27,208 nucleotides of DNA from an uncultured archaeon. GTDB taxonomy: Archaea; Asgardarchaeota; Lokiarchaeia; Sigyniarchaeales; SOKP01. The stretch is from assembly GCA_964493715.1 (NCBI GenBank), contig CAZBPC010000041.1, positions 1-27,208 of the forward strand, in the 5' to 3' direction. The notes beneath the pieces were generated by a model. The model worked only from the letters and a program-made list of their open reading frames with translations. It searched no databases and was not told the origin of the DNA. The position numbers and the translations under genes were made by a program. Below are positions 1 through 9,097 of the stretch, one piece after another (position 1 is the first letter of the stretch; every line of letters begins with the position of its first letter).

Positions 1-123
1 AGACTGGTATAACGACTTTTTTATATATCAAATAAAAACGTTAAACGCTCACACCGTGTATATATTGAATAAATAATTCAATATAAACGAAGGTCGAGGG
101 TTCAAATCCCTCTCTGCGCACCA
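1..123 (+). tRNA. tRNA-Val(CAC), 5'-truncated by window edge, with two non-canonical introns (17-44 and ~61-91) and encoded CCA
   Basis: T-arm GAGGG-TTCAAAT-CCCTC, acceptor 3' strand TCTGCGC-A-CCA. Removing 17-44 and 61-91 gives a perfect anticodon arm ACACG-CTCACAC-CGTGT (anticodon CAC at 50-52) followed by variable loop AGGTC. D-loop AGACTGGT is at the window start. Confidence 0.85.
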
Positions 124-222
124 TATTTTAAACAATATGATTTCCTCTTATCTCAATCATAATCCAAAAAGTTTTATTCTATAGAATATTTAATCAACTA
201 ATTACTCCTTTTTAAGTGCATT

Positions 223-525
223 ATGTCATCTTTTATAGAATCTCGTGAATTAAGAAATAGATATAAAGAAGTCAAAGAATATGTTAAGATCGGTTCAATT
301 TTTCTCACAAGATATGAAAGAGCTCGAATTGTCGGTGCTAGAGCACTACAAATAAGTTTTGGAGCTCCTATATTGATAGAAAAGCCAAAAAACCTTATAG
401 ATCCCATTAAAATTGCATTAGCTGAATTGAAATCTAAAATTCTTCCATTAACCTTAAGACGTGAAATGCCTAGTGGAGAATTTCAAGATATTCCAATAGA
501 CAAATTAATTTTGAAAAAGGATTAA
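223..525 (+). CDS. rpoK: DNA-directed RNA polymerase subunit Rpo6 (RpoK/RPB6)
   Basis: [30 protein letters not shown]....LPLTLRR motifs of the Rpo6/RPB6 family. Confidence 0.96.
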   Translation: MSSFIESRELRNRYKEVKEYVKIGSIFLTRYERARIVGARALQISFGAPILIEKPKNLIDPIKIALAELKSKILPLTLRREMPSGEFQDIPIDKLILKKD

Positions 526-535
526 TTCAGATAAA

Positions 536-997
536 TCACTGGACTCGATAATTTCCACGTTCAGTGAGAAAAAAAACTTCATTATCTCCAACTTTCTCTG
601 ATTTAACATATCCTTTTGAAATCAAGCTATCCAATATTTTCTCGAATTCTGCTTTCTTGAGGGGTTCGATTCCTAAAGGTACTTTACTTTGATTAACCAC
701 GATTGCAATTCGATTTAAAAATAATCTTTTTCCCGCGAATGACTCAAGTATCGTAATCTCATCATTGGAAAGGATCTCAAATTGATCATGTTCAATATAT
801 TGATCTCGCAAGGTCTGAGCTAGATCTAACGTTTCTTGACTCGCCTCTTGTTTTTTCACTTCTACATGCGACAACTGAACTAAATCTTTTGCTACCGCTT
901 TCTTTTTCCCTTCTACAGCTTTTGCTATGTATTCTCTGATTTTTTCCTTTTCTTCTTGCTCTTTTTTTGATGACTCAGTATCTTTTTCATCTTCCAT
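536..997 (-). CDS. Hypothetical protein, charged N-terminus and C-terminal winged-helix-like domain
   Basis: 153-aa ORF; C-terminal FEKILDSLISKGYV...FFLTERG is typical of a wHTH recognition helix plus wing. Confidence 0.7.
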   Translation of the reverse strand: MEDEKDTESSKKEQEEKEKIREYIAKAVEGKKKAVAKDLVQLSHVEVKKQEASQETLDLAQTLRDQYIEHDQFEILSNDEITILESFAGKRLFLNRIAIVVNQSKVPLGIEPLKKAEFEKILDSLISKGYVKSEKVGDNEVFFLTERGNYRVQ

Positions 998-1042
998 ATT
1001 ATTATCATAAGGAATTTAATTATAAAATTTTTTATTCACCTT

Positions 1043-1612
1043 ATGAAGCAAGTTATTGAGATAAAAAACGGTGAAAAAATACTCATTCGTCATGTTAAAG
1101 AATCAGATACCGATGGAGTATGGAACAATTTTAATGAAGTAGTTGATGAAGGAATTTATCTACCCGTATTTTTTCCGGTTAGATCTCAATTTGAAAAACA
1201 GAATTGGTATGATACATTAAAACGTGACAAAGAAATCTGTATTGTAGCAATTGATCCCCAGTTAAAGGGTCCGCAAGCTGTTATCGGGCAATGCGAAATA
1301 TCTAATCTGGAATGGGATGCGGCTAATCACGTAGGTCGATTAGGGATTATCGTTAAAAAAGCTTATAGAGATTTAGGAATTGGATATCATCTAATTGATA
1401 CTGCGATTCGGGAATCGAAAAAACTAAATTATAAGGAAAAAATAATCCTATCGAGCTTCTTGAATAATGACAGAGCACTTAAACTCTACCAGAAAATTGG
1501 CTTCAAAGAAGTTGGCGTTAGAAAGAAACAATTCTACATGGAAAGTAAATATTATGATGAAATTTTAATGGATCTATGGATTGATGACTATTTAAAAACT
1601 TACAACCCGTAA
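1043..1612 (+). CDS. GNAT-family N-acetyltransferase (RimJ/RimL-like)
   Basis: LGIIVKKAYRDLGIG acetyl-CoA motif A; NDRALKLYQKIGF..VG motif B; YYDEILM C-terminus. Confidence 0.9.
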   Translation: MKQVIEIKNGEKILIRHVKESDTDGVWNNFNEVVDEGIYLPVFFPVRSQFEKQNWYDTLKRDKEICIVAIDPQLKGPQAVIGQCEISNLEWDAANHVGRLGIIVKKAYRDLGIGYHLIDTAIRESKKLNYKEKIILSSFLNNDRALKLYQKIGFKEVGVRKKQFYMESKYYDEILMDLWIDDYLKTYNP

Positions 1613-1715
1613 GGGAGATATCTAAGGAGATTTATCTCTCTATTGATATGCTAATAAACTCTATGAACTTAATAGATCGTTTTTAAAAAAATAATGATCT
1701 CAAATTACTCCTTAA

Positions 1716-2828
1716 TCAGGTATAAATATATTCCTTAATGGAATGCTCCTCATCTAAGAATTCAACAATAGATTTCTCAAATAATTCTTGAGTTACTTCC
1801 GTCTTTCCTTCTCTGAGACCAAGCATTCCTGATTCCGTACATAAAGCCTTTAATTGAGCTCCGCTAAAACCATCAGTTTTTTTCGCAATGATATTCAAGT
1901 CCACCCCTTTTAAATTCATCCTTCGAGTGTGAATCTTAAGTATCATTAATCTCGCAACTTCATTAGGTAAATTAAATCTGATTATTCGATCGAAACGACC
2001 CGGTCTTAATATTGCTGGATCTAGTACGTCTTCTCGATTTGTTGCTGCTAAAAACATTATCCCTTCCGTGTTCGCAAAACCATCTAATTCACTCAATAAT
2101 TGCATGAAAGTTCGTTGTACTTCTCTATCACCTTTATACACATCATCCGTTCGCTTAACAGCTATCGCATCGATCTCATCTATGAAAATGATTGCTGGAA
2201 TGTTCTCCTTGGCTAAAACAAAAACCTCTCGAACCATTCGAGAACCCTCTCCAATAAACTTCTGAACTAAATCAGATCCTACAAGATGAATGAATCTAGC
2301 ATGAGTAGAATTAGCAATGGCTTTTGCTAATAAAGTCTTACCTGTTCCAGGAGGTCCAGAAAGAAGAGCTCCCGAAGGAGGATCGATACCGATCTTCTCA
2401 AAGAGATCCGGATGTAGTAAAGGTAATTCAATAACTTCTCGTATGGCTTGGATCTGGTCATCTAATCCCCCTATATCTTCAAAAGTCTCAATAGGCATCT
2501 CGATCAATTCCATTGATGCAACTCTCCCCCTAATCTTCCGGGAAAGAATTTCTATTATCTGAAAAGTTTGACCGTGTAATGTCACAGAGTCACCTGCAAC
2601 TGGGGCAATCAATGAACTTGCAGGAAGTAATACCCGATTACCTGGAGAGTGTGAGACAACGATTCTCCCATCATTCAAAATTCTCTCAACGGAACCAATT
2701 ATAAGAGGTTTTGCTTTCAAATTTTCAACATATTGCTTATAAGACTCAATCTCTTGCTTGAGAACTCTATTCTCTTTCTCCAAAATACTGATTCTTTTCT
2801 GAACTGCCTTAATATCTGTCTCTGCCAT
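1716..2828 (-). CDS. pan: Proteasome-activating nucleotidase (AAA+ ATPase)
   Basis: N-terminal coiled coil and OB region, DIGGL..QI..IREVIELPL.HP, Walker A GPPGTGKT, pore loop KFIGEG, Walker B IIFIDEID, SRH DPAILRPGRFDR, C-terminal HbYX (IYT). Confidence 0.95.
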   Translation of the reverse strand: MAETDIKAVQKRISILEKENRVLKQEIESYKQYVENLKAKPLIIGSVERILNDGRIVVSHSPGNRVLLPASSLIAPVAGDSVTLHGQTFQIIEILSRKIRGRVASMELIEMPIETFEDIGGLDDQIQAIREVIELPLLHPDLFEKIGIDPPSGALLSGPPGTGKTLLAKAIANSTHARFIHLVGSDLVQKFIGEGSRMVREVFVLAKENIPAIIFIDEIDAIAVKRTDDVYKGDREVQRTFMQLLSELDGFANTEGIMFLAATNREDVLDPAILRPGRFDRIIRFNLPNEVARLMILKIHTRRMNLKGVDLNIIAKKTDGFSGAQLKALCTESGMLGLREGKTEVTQELFEKSIVEFLDEEHSIKEYIYT

Positions 2829-3141
2829 TTTGATATCCTGCTTGAATAGTTTCTAGTGCTTTTTCTATTACAATATATCTTCTCTCATAAATTAAATTTT
2901 GGCTTTTTAAATAAAAGTATCATTAAACATATTTGTTAGTTCAAAATAGATCCAATTGTGTTAACAATTAAATTAATAATGTTATCCATATTGAACCTAA
3001 AAAATTTTTTTGGTTTCTCAACATTTATATTTATTTAACCGATTATATTTTTAATCTTAATTTGTTATCACCAAGATTGTAATCACAAAAACGAGTTAAA
3101 ATTAAATAATCAAAATTCCGTTTGGTATTAAAATAAGAATT

Positions 3142-3149
3142 TTTATATA
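3142..3149 (+). promoter_or_regulatory. Putative TATA box of the actin gene
   Basis: TTTATATA preceded by purine-rich AAGAA, about 50 nt upstream of the actin ATG. Confidence 0.45.
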
Positions 3150-3197
3150 AATTAACTCAAACAAATAATAATTAAAAATAAGAGCTGAAAACGAAAT

Positions 3198-4343
3198 ATG
3201 GCAGAAGAAGAATCTTTTTTAAATGCCAAAGCCTTGGTTGTTGATAATGGTACTGGTATCTCTAAAAATGGTTTCGCTGGTGAAGATCAACCTCGATCAG
3301 TGTTCCCAACTCTCATTGGATACCCAAAATATGAGTCCATAATGACAGATGTCGAACATTATACTCGAGAATATTATATCGGTGAAGAAGCAATGCAACT
3401 CAAGGGTGTCTTAAAATTAATGTTCCCTGTAGAACATGGTATCATCGAAGATTGGACAGCAATGGAAAAAATCTGGCACTATACTTTCTACACCGACTTA
3501 AGAATCGACCCAAGTGAACATCCCGTTCTATTAACTGAAGCTCCATTAAATCCAAGACCCAATCGGGAAAAAATGGCTGAAATTATGTTTGAAACTTTCA
3601 ACGTTCCCGCGCTATATGTTGCAATGCAAGCAGTCTTGTCTCTATATGCTTCTGGGCGTACAACTGGATGCGTTATAGATATTGGAGATGGTGTTTCTCA
3701 CGTCGTACCTATCTTTGAAGGTTTTGCATTAAGCCACGCGATCCAAAGAATAGACCTCGCTGGGCGAGATATCACCACATATTTACAAAGATTACTCCGA
3801 CAAAAAGGCTATTCATTCACAACCTCAGCAGAAAAAGAGATTGTGAGAGATATAAAGGAGAAGCTATGCTATTGTGCCATAGACCCAGAAAAAGAAATGA
3901 TGTTGAGCAAAAAAGTCGCTGGAATGGAGAAAAGTTATATGCTTCCTGACGGTGAGACCATTAATGTCGGTGTAGAACGATTTTTAGCACCTGAATGCTT
4001 CTTTAACCCATCTGTAATAGGGAAAGAATTAGAACCTTTAGATGATGTTATTGTTGGAGCCATTTCAGAGTGTGATGTTGATTTACGCCGAGATCTTTAT
4101 AGCAACATCGTGCTTTCTGGCGGGTCTACCATGTTCCCAGGAATTAAAGAACGCTTGACTAAGGAGATAAAAGAACAGATTCCAGAATCTGTTGATGTTA
4201 AAATCATTGCACCTCCAGAACGTATGTACTCCGTATGGATTGGCGGGTCAATCTTAAGCTCCTTAAAGACTTTCCACCGAATGTGGGTTACGCGTAGGGA
4301 ATATAAAGAGATGGGGCCTCAGGTTATTCACCGCTGCTTCTAA
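3198..4343 (+). CDS. Asgard actin (lokiactin-type)
   Basis: [104 protein letters not shown]-terminal HRCF; collinear with eukaryotic actin. Confidence 0.97.
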   Translation: MAEEESFLNAKALVVDNGTGISKNGFAGEDQPRSVFPTLIGYPKYESIMTDVEHYTREYYIGEEAMQLKGVLKLMFPVEHGIIEDWTAMEKIWHYTFYTDLRIDPSEHPVLLTEAPLNPRPNREKMAEIMFETFNVPALYVAMQAVLSLYASGRTTGCVIDIGDGVSHVVPIFEGFALSHAIQRIDLAGRDITTYLQRLLRQKGYSFTTSAEKEIVRDIKEKLCYCAIDPEKEMMLSKKVAGMEKSYMLPDGETINVGVERFLAPECFFNPSVIGKELEPLDDVIVGAISECDVDLRRDLYSNIVLSGGSTMFPGIKERLTKEIKEQIPESVDVKIIAPPERMYSVWIGGSILSSLKTFHRMWVTRREYKEMGPQVIHRCF

Positions 4344-4362
4344 TCGGAGAATCTCCTTAACC

Positions 4363-4412
4363 AACTTTAAATAAATTTTTTTAACTAAAGTTTTTTATTT
4401 TCTTTCTTTTTT
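4363..4412 (+). terminator. Putative terminator after actin (inverted repeat plus T tract)
   Basis: AACTTTA(4363-4369)...TAAAGTT(4386-4392) followed by long oligo-T runs, between convergent genes. Confidence 0.4.
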
Positions 4413-4565
4413 GACTATATTTTTCTTGAAGAATATAGAATAAGAAATATTGTATGTGAGTTACAAGTCGAGATTATAAGTCGATGGGTTCCACATAAAA
4501 AAATTGTAGATATTGAAACAAGTATGATAGGGAAATAAAACAAAAGGTAAGAAATTGAGCTAAAA

Positions 4566-5687
4566 TCAATCCAATTTTTCTCGTTCTTTTAGAGCTTTTG
4601 CATATCTTTCGTATTTTCTTTTTCCAAAACTAATTACCTTAGCTAACATCTCTGATTTTTTGATGGAAGTGTTAAATTTATTTAGTTCTTTTATGTATCC
4701 TTCTTTTAAAGCATTAGTGTAAATTTCATTACCAATTTTAGTCCTTATCAACGTAGTGGTGAATCCATCTTGAGACCCTAAACCTCCAAATGATATATCT
4801 GCATAAACGTTGGAAAAGTCTCGGCATGCATAACATGCTGCTCTAGTAATCCTTCCCAAATCATTAAAATCGATGTGAATAGATTTCTGATTTTGAAGGG
4901 TTAATATCAAATCTTCTTTTATATTCATGCTTTCGACTTCGTTGAATGAGAAGTTGAATTTTTCTTCCAATTCTTTTCTTCCTTCAATATTGAAGGAAAA
5001 ATTTAAATTACAAAATAGTCCTAAAGTATATTTTATTATATGTGCTGGTAAAATACTCAATTCTTGCATTTTCCTAATAGACATGATTTGGCAAGGTGTC
5101 CCGACGACCGCAATGTTCATCATATCCGAGCTGACGACTTTTTTTAATTTAGTTATTGTTGGAATGAAAGTATTATAGTTTTCTAAACCAACAACGCCTT
5201 GAGATAAATCAAAATGAGATCCTGCGGCTTCAATTAATTCTTCTTTAGTAGTTGCAAAGAAGGGTACCCGATTAAATGGTCCCTCCTTTTTAGAAACTAT
5301 TGCCCCATTTATTAAATTATGATCTAATAAATAACTGAGAATGGCAGTAACGCCACCTCCATCAGTCGCATTTTCTAAAATTTCTTTCGAATTAGCTTGA
5401 ATCGATGTAATTTTCATCCAATTACCTATGGAAACTTTATATGCGTATTTTTCATTTAACTCCTTATCTAACACGTGAGTTTGGGGGCAAATTAAATAAC
5501 AAATTCCACATTTTAAGCAATTATCCTTATTATAATATCTTGGAGGACCAGATTCAGACATCTCGATTGCTTTTATCTCGTGGGCTGAGCAAAAACTCAC
5601 GCATCCTCCACATTCTCCACAGATTCCAAGTTCGTGAACGTCTTTTATCAAATCCTCAAAAGATTTTGGCATTAACTCTTCAACCAT
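4566..5687 (-). CDS. FrhB/FpoF-family coenzyme F420 oxidoreductase beta subunit with N-terminal 2x[4Fe-4S] ferredoxin
   Basis: CGECGGCVSFC and CLKCGICYLICP; TDGGGVTAIL, AAGS, AVVGTPCQI, GLFC, CYAC.DF...ADISFGGLGS motifs of the FrhB family. Confidence 0.9.
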   Translation of the reverse strand: MVEELMPKSFEDLIKDVHELGICGECGGCVSFCSAHEIKAIEMSESGPPRYYNKDNCLKCGICYLICPQTHVLDKELNEKYAYKVSIGNWMKITSIQANSKEILENATDGGGVTAILSYLLDHNLINGAIVSKKEGPFNRVPFFATTKEELIEAAGSHFDLSQGVVGLENYNTFIPTITKLKKVVSSDMMNIAVVGTPCQIMSIRKMQELSILPAHIIKYTLGLFCNLNFSFNIEGRKELEEKFNFSFNEVESMNIKEDLILTLQNQKSIHIDFNDLGRITRAACYACRDFSNVYADISFGGLGSQDGFTTTLIRTKIGNEIYTNALKEGYIKELNKFNTSIKKSEMLAKVISFGKRKYERYAKALKEREKLD

Positions 5688-5721
5688 TAATTTTACACCA
5701 TATTTTTTTTAATTTTTAATT

Positions 5722-6561
5722 TTAATAATCATTTGGCATTTTTTTTAATTCCGCAAGAGAAAATACAGGTCCATCCGTGCAGATAAATTTATCCCCAATG
5801 TTACATCTTCCACATTTACCTATTCCGCATTTCATTCTTGCTTCTAAACTGTTCAAAATTTGTTCATCTTTCCAACCTAAACCAACTAGCTCTGCCACTG
5901 CTGTTCGAATCATGATTGGGGGACCACATATAACAGCTACTGCATTACTTGGAGATGGAGCAACTTTTTTAACAATAGCTGCAACAAAACCTACTTCATG
6001 AGTCCACCCTTCCTCTTCTTGATCAATAGTTAAAACTAATTTTAAGTCCTTCCTTTTTTCCCATTCTTCCAGTGTCTCACGATATAAAACTTCTCCGACA
6101 TTTCTATTTCCATAAATTACCGTGATATCCGCATATTCTTTTCGATTTTTTTCCTCCAACACATATAACAAGAGAGAACGCAAGGTTGAGAAAGCAAAAC
6201 CTCCTCCAATGACAACTATATTTTTTCCTTTCATTTCATCTATAGGCCAACCATTTCCTAAGGGCCCCCTAACACCAACGATATCTCCAATTTCAGAATT
6301 GTGAAATTCTGAAGTGACCGTCCCCATTTTTTTAATGGTAAATTTAATTGAACCCTCTTCTGTTGGTGATGATGCGATTCCAATAGGGCATTCTCCTTTT
6401 CCCATTATGCTTATTTCTGAGAATTGACCCGGAATATAATCAAATTTGGCATATTCATCATCCTTTATAAATTCAAGTTCTATAGTTTTTATATCATTTA
6501 CTTTATTTTCTGAGACTATAGATTTTACTTTCGTAAGCATTGGTATATATGGATTAGGCAC
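5722..6561 (-). CDS. FAD/NAD(P)-binding oxidoreductase with [2Fe-2S] (FlxA/AsrB/HydG-like)
   Basis: PGQF, VRGPLGNGW, IGGGFAF, CGPPIM, MKCGIGKCGRC..CTDGPVF. Start moved to GTG 6561 behind a purine-rich SD-like stretch. Confidence 0.9.
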   Translation of the reverse strand: MPNPYIPMLTKVKSIVSENKVNDIKTIELEFIKDDEYAKFDYIPGQFSEISIMGKGECPIGIASSPTEEGSIKFTIKKMGTVTSEFHNSEIGDIVGVRGPLGNGWPIDEMKGKNIVVIGGGFAFSTLRSLLLYVLEEKNRKEYADITVIYGNRNVGEVLYRETLEEWEKRKDLKLVLTIDQEEEGWTHEVGFVAAIVKKVAPSPSNAVAVICGPPIMIRTAVAELVGLGWKDEQILNSLEARMKCGIGKCGRCNIGDKFICTDGPVFSLAELKKMPNDY

Positions 6562-7615
6562 TAACTTTCTCCCCTTTCTTTTCTTTTTCAATATCAGTAA
6601 TTTTATCTATAATGATTCTGAGTTCATTATTAACTGGACATGCTTCAATACATCTACCGCATCCAACACATCCAAGACAATCATAATTTGACGGATAATA
6701 ACTAAATTTATGCATGATTCGATTCCTACACCTCTGTACTTTTTCTGGGCGAGGATTATGACCACTTGTCTCAAGTCGATACAGACAAGATTGACAAGTA
6801 TCCCAAATCCTAATTCTTCTTCCCCGATTATTATATTTATCCTCTTCGTCAATCACATCAAAACATGTACAAGTTGGACATAAAAATGTACATGAACTAC
6901 ATCCAATACAAGTTTCACTTATTTCTTGCCAGACAGGATGGTCATAATTTTCATTCAAAATTTCCGTAACCAAATCAAAATTAAATTTAGTGGTAAATGA
7001 TTCTTCAGCTTCTTTAGATAGATCTTCAGCTTTTTTAATCTCTTTTTTATTAGCATCTGATAACCATGCTAATTTTTGAAGAAAACTAATCCCCTTTTCA
7101 GTATTAGCTTCTACTAAATATTTCTCACCAAGATCAACCATGGAGATATCGATATTATCCTTTGAGAAAGGGTGACCACCCACAGAAGTACAAAAACAGG
7201 AGAGTCGAGGACTATTACATCCCAAACTTACTATAGTTGTGTTTTCACGTTTTTTCAAAAAGATTTCATCTTTTTCCTTTCCAGAAGCAAAAAAATCCTC
7301 AAGTAATTTAAAACTAAAAGCGTCGCAAGGTCTAACGCCAAATATTAATATCTTATCATCCAAATCTTTCCTTTCGGTTATAACCAGTTCCTTTCCTTCA
7401 TATCGATATTCAAAAATCGTTTCCATCTTTGGGAAAAGCACATCTTTAGGAGGGATTTTTGAATTAAGGTAATCAAGTCTAATTTCTTTTGGATCGGAGA
7501 TCTTTTTAAAAATAATATTCCCTTTCTCATTAACTGGAGCGAAAAAATTATATTCATTTTCCAGTTCACTGTATAGCCTAGCAATTTGATCTTTCAGCAG
7601 TATTTTTTTATCCAT
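6554..7615 (-). CDS. 4Fe-4S protein (FlxB/AsrA/HydB-like)
   Basis: PPKDVLFP, FGVRPCD, CFCTS, CIGCSSCTFLCPTCTCF, RIRIWDTC, CVGCGRCIEACP. Confidence 0.9.
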   Translation of the reverse strand: MDKKILLKDQIARLYSELENEYNFFAPVNEKGNIIFKKISDPKEIRLDYLNSKIPPKDVLFPKMETIFEYRYEGKELVITERKDLDDKILIFGVRPCDAFSFKLLEDFFASGKEKDEIFLKKRENTTIVSLGCNSPRLSCFCTSVGGHPFSKDNIDISMVDLGEKYLVEANTEKGISFLQKLAWLSDANKKEIKKAEDLSKEAEESFTTKFNFDLVTEILNENYDHPVWQEISETCIGCSSCTFLCPTCTCFDVIDEEDKYNNRGRRIRIWDTCQSCLYRLETSGHNPRPEKVQRCRNRIMHKFSYYPSNYDCLGCVGCGRCIEACPVNNELRIIIDKITDIEKEKKGEKVSA

Positions 7616-7617
7616 CC

Positions 7618-8637
7618 TTAATCTTCCTCCAGCATAAATTCTTCTGAATCCTCCATTGTAAAACTCATCATTGGAGGTGATATTTTGGGATCTAATCCTG
7701 AAGTAAAATTATATCTTTTCTTTACAATTTCTTCTAACTTTCTATTAATTAAATATAAATCAATTCCCACTGGACATACACTGCTACAGGCTCCACAACC
7801 TACACATCTACCTGCCATGTGCATCGCGCGAATTAAATGGAAAACCATGATGTCTGAGATGTCGGTTGTTTTCCCAAACCAAACAGGTTTATTCTGATCG
7901 ACAAAACATAAATTACAATAACACATGGGACAGGCCTCTCTACAAGCATAACATCTAGTACAGATTTCTAAGCTATTTTTTACATATTCCCATTTTTCTT
8001 CGGAGGTTTTTAATTCAAATTCAGAGACATCATTAAAATCGTCTGATATTGAAGAATATTCTTGACATTCACCTACACATGCATCAGGTAAATCCGCAAT
8101 AATTGGAGGCTTTTTCACTTTACATGTTTTGCATAATTCATTTAAATATTCCTCGTATGGAAAACTCTGTTCAAAATCTTTGCCCTTGACATAAATTTTA
8201 TCATCTTTAACAAACATTTCTCGAATTTCTTTCTGCCCAATTTCTTGTTCAATTCTTTGTCTGTTAATAATTCCATTACATGAAAATCCAATGATTTTAA
8301 TCTCTTCTAGATTTAATTGATTTTCTGAAGCGAGATGTATCAAGGCTCTTCCTACACATCCTTTAGAGACCACTCCAACTCTTAAATTCCCTTTTTCGGC
8401 ATCGACAAATTTTGGAATTCTCGGAACTAAATACCTTGCTAAATTAACATAACAAGTATTGTTCCAGATTAATTTTTCGACTTCCTCTTCTTTTTTTATA
8501 ACAATGGGTTGAGCCATTAGAGGTAGCGTTCCTTTCGTATACCCAATTATAACATCAACCTTATTCTCTTTAAATAATTCCGATGAAATTTTCCTAATCA
8601 TATTTTGAATTTCTTGATTTTCCGTGTCTATTCCCAT
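7618..8637 (-). CDS. FdhB-related 4Fe-4S protein (FlxC-like)
   Basis: VDVIIGY, KGC, CKTC, CTRCYACREACPMCYC..C, FHLIRAMHMAGRCVGCGACSSVCP; start may be 8637 or 8649. Confidence 0.85.
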   Translation of the reverse strand: MGIDTENQEIQNMIRKISSELFKENKVDVIIGYTKGTLPLMAQPIVIKKEEEVEKLIWNNTCYVNLARYLVPRIPKFVDAEKGNLRVGVVSKGCVGRALIHLASENQLNLEEIKIIGFSCNGIINRQRIEQEIGQKEIREMFVKDDKIYVKGKDFEQSFPYEEYLNELCKTCKVKKPPIIADLPDACVGECQEYSSISDDFNDVSEFELKTSEEKWEYVKNSLEICTRCYACREACPMCYCNLCFVDQNKPVWFGKTTDISDIMVFHLIRAMHMAGRCVGCGACSSVCPVGIDLYLINRKLEEIVKKRYNFTSGLDPKISPPMMSFTMEDSEEFMLEED

Positions 8638-8642
8638 AATTC

Positions 8643-9095
8643 TCACCATTTTTTTTCAAATTTTTTATTCGGACCCAATTCTTTAACGATACGAGTGGCT
8701 TTCCTAACTAACATAGCAAAACGTTCCCCTTCTGCAGCAGAAGCCCACATAAAATTAACTCTTCCCGGTTCGATACCGAAGAACTGTAATAATTCATTTA
8801 ATATAGCAAACCTTCTTCGAGCAACTAAATTCCCAGTCAGATAATGACAATCACCGGGGTGACAACCTGATATTAACACTCCATCCCATCCATCTGTTAA
8901 ACTTTTAATAATAAAGTAAGGATTAACTCTGCCAGAACATGGAACCCGGACGATCCTTATATTTGGAGGATATTGAATTCTACTAACACCAGCAAGGTCA
9001 GCACCCGCATAACTACACCAATTACACAAGAATGCAATAATTTTAGGCTTCCATTCTTCACTTTTAGAATTTGACTCTTCTGTTTGTATTGTCAT
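8643..9095 (-). CDS. mvhD: MvhD/FlxD [2Fe-2S] subunit
   Basis: FLCNWCSYAGADLAG, RVPCSGRV, GCHPGDCHY, WASAAEGERF. Confidence 0.95.
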   Translation of the reverse strand: MTIQTEESNSKSEEWKPKIIAFLCNWCSYAGADLAGVSRIQYPPNIRIVRVPCSGRVNPYFIIKSLTDGWDGVLISGCHPGDCHYLTGNLVARRRFAILNELLQFFGIEPGRVNFMWASAAEGERFAMLVRKATRIVKELGPNKKFEKKW

Positions 9096-9097
9096 TT

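Noticed and set aside
4453-4497. Tandem TTA(C/T)AAGTCGA repeat flanked by TATGTG/CACATA between actin and the frhB-like gene
   Set aside because: Only two units, located between convergent 3' ends, with no spacer pattern; too weak for a CRISPR, MITE or operator call
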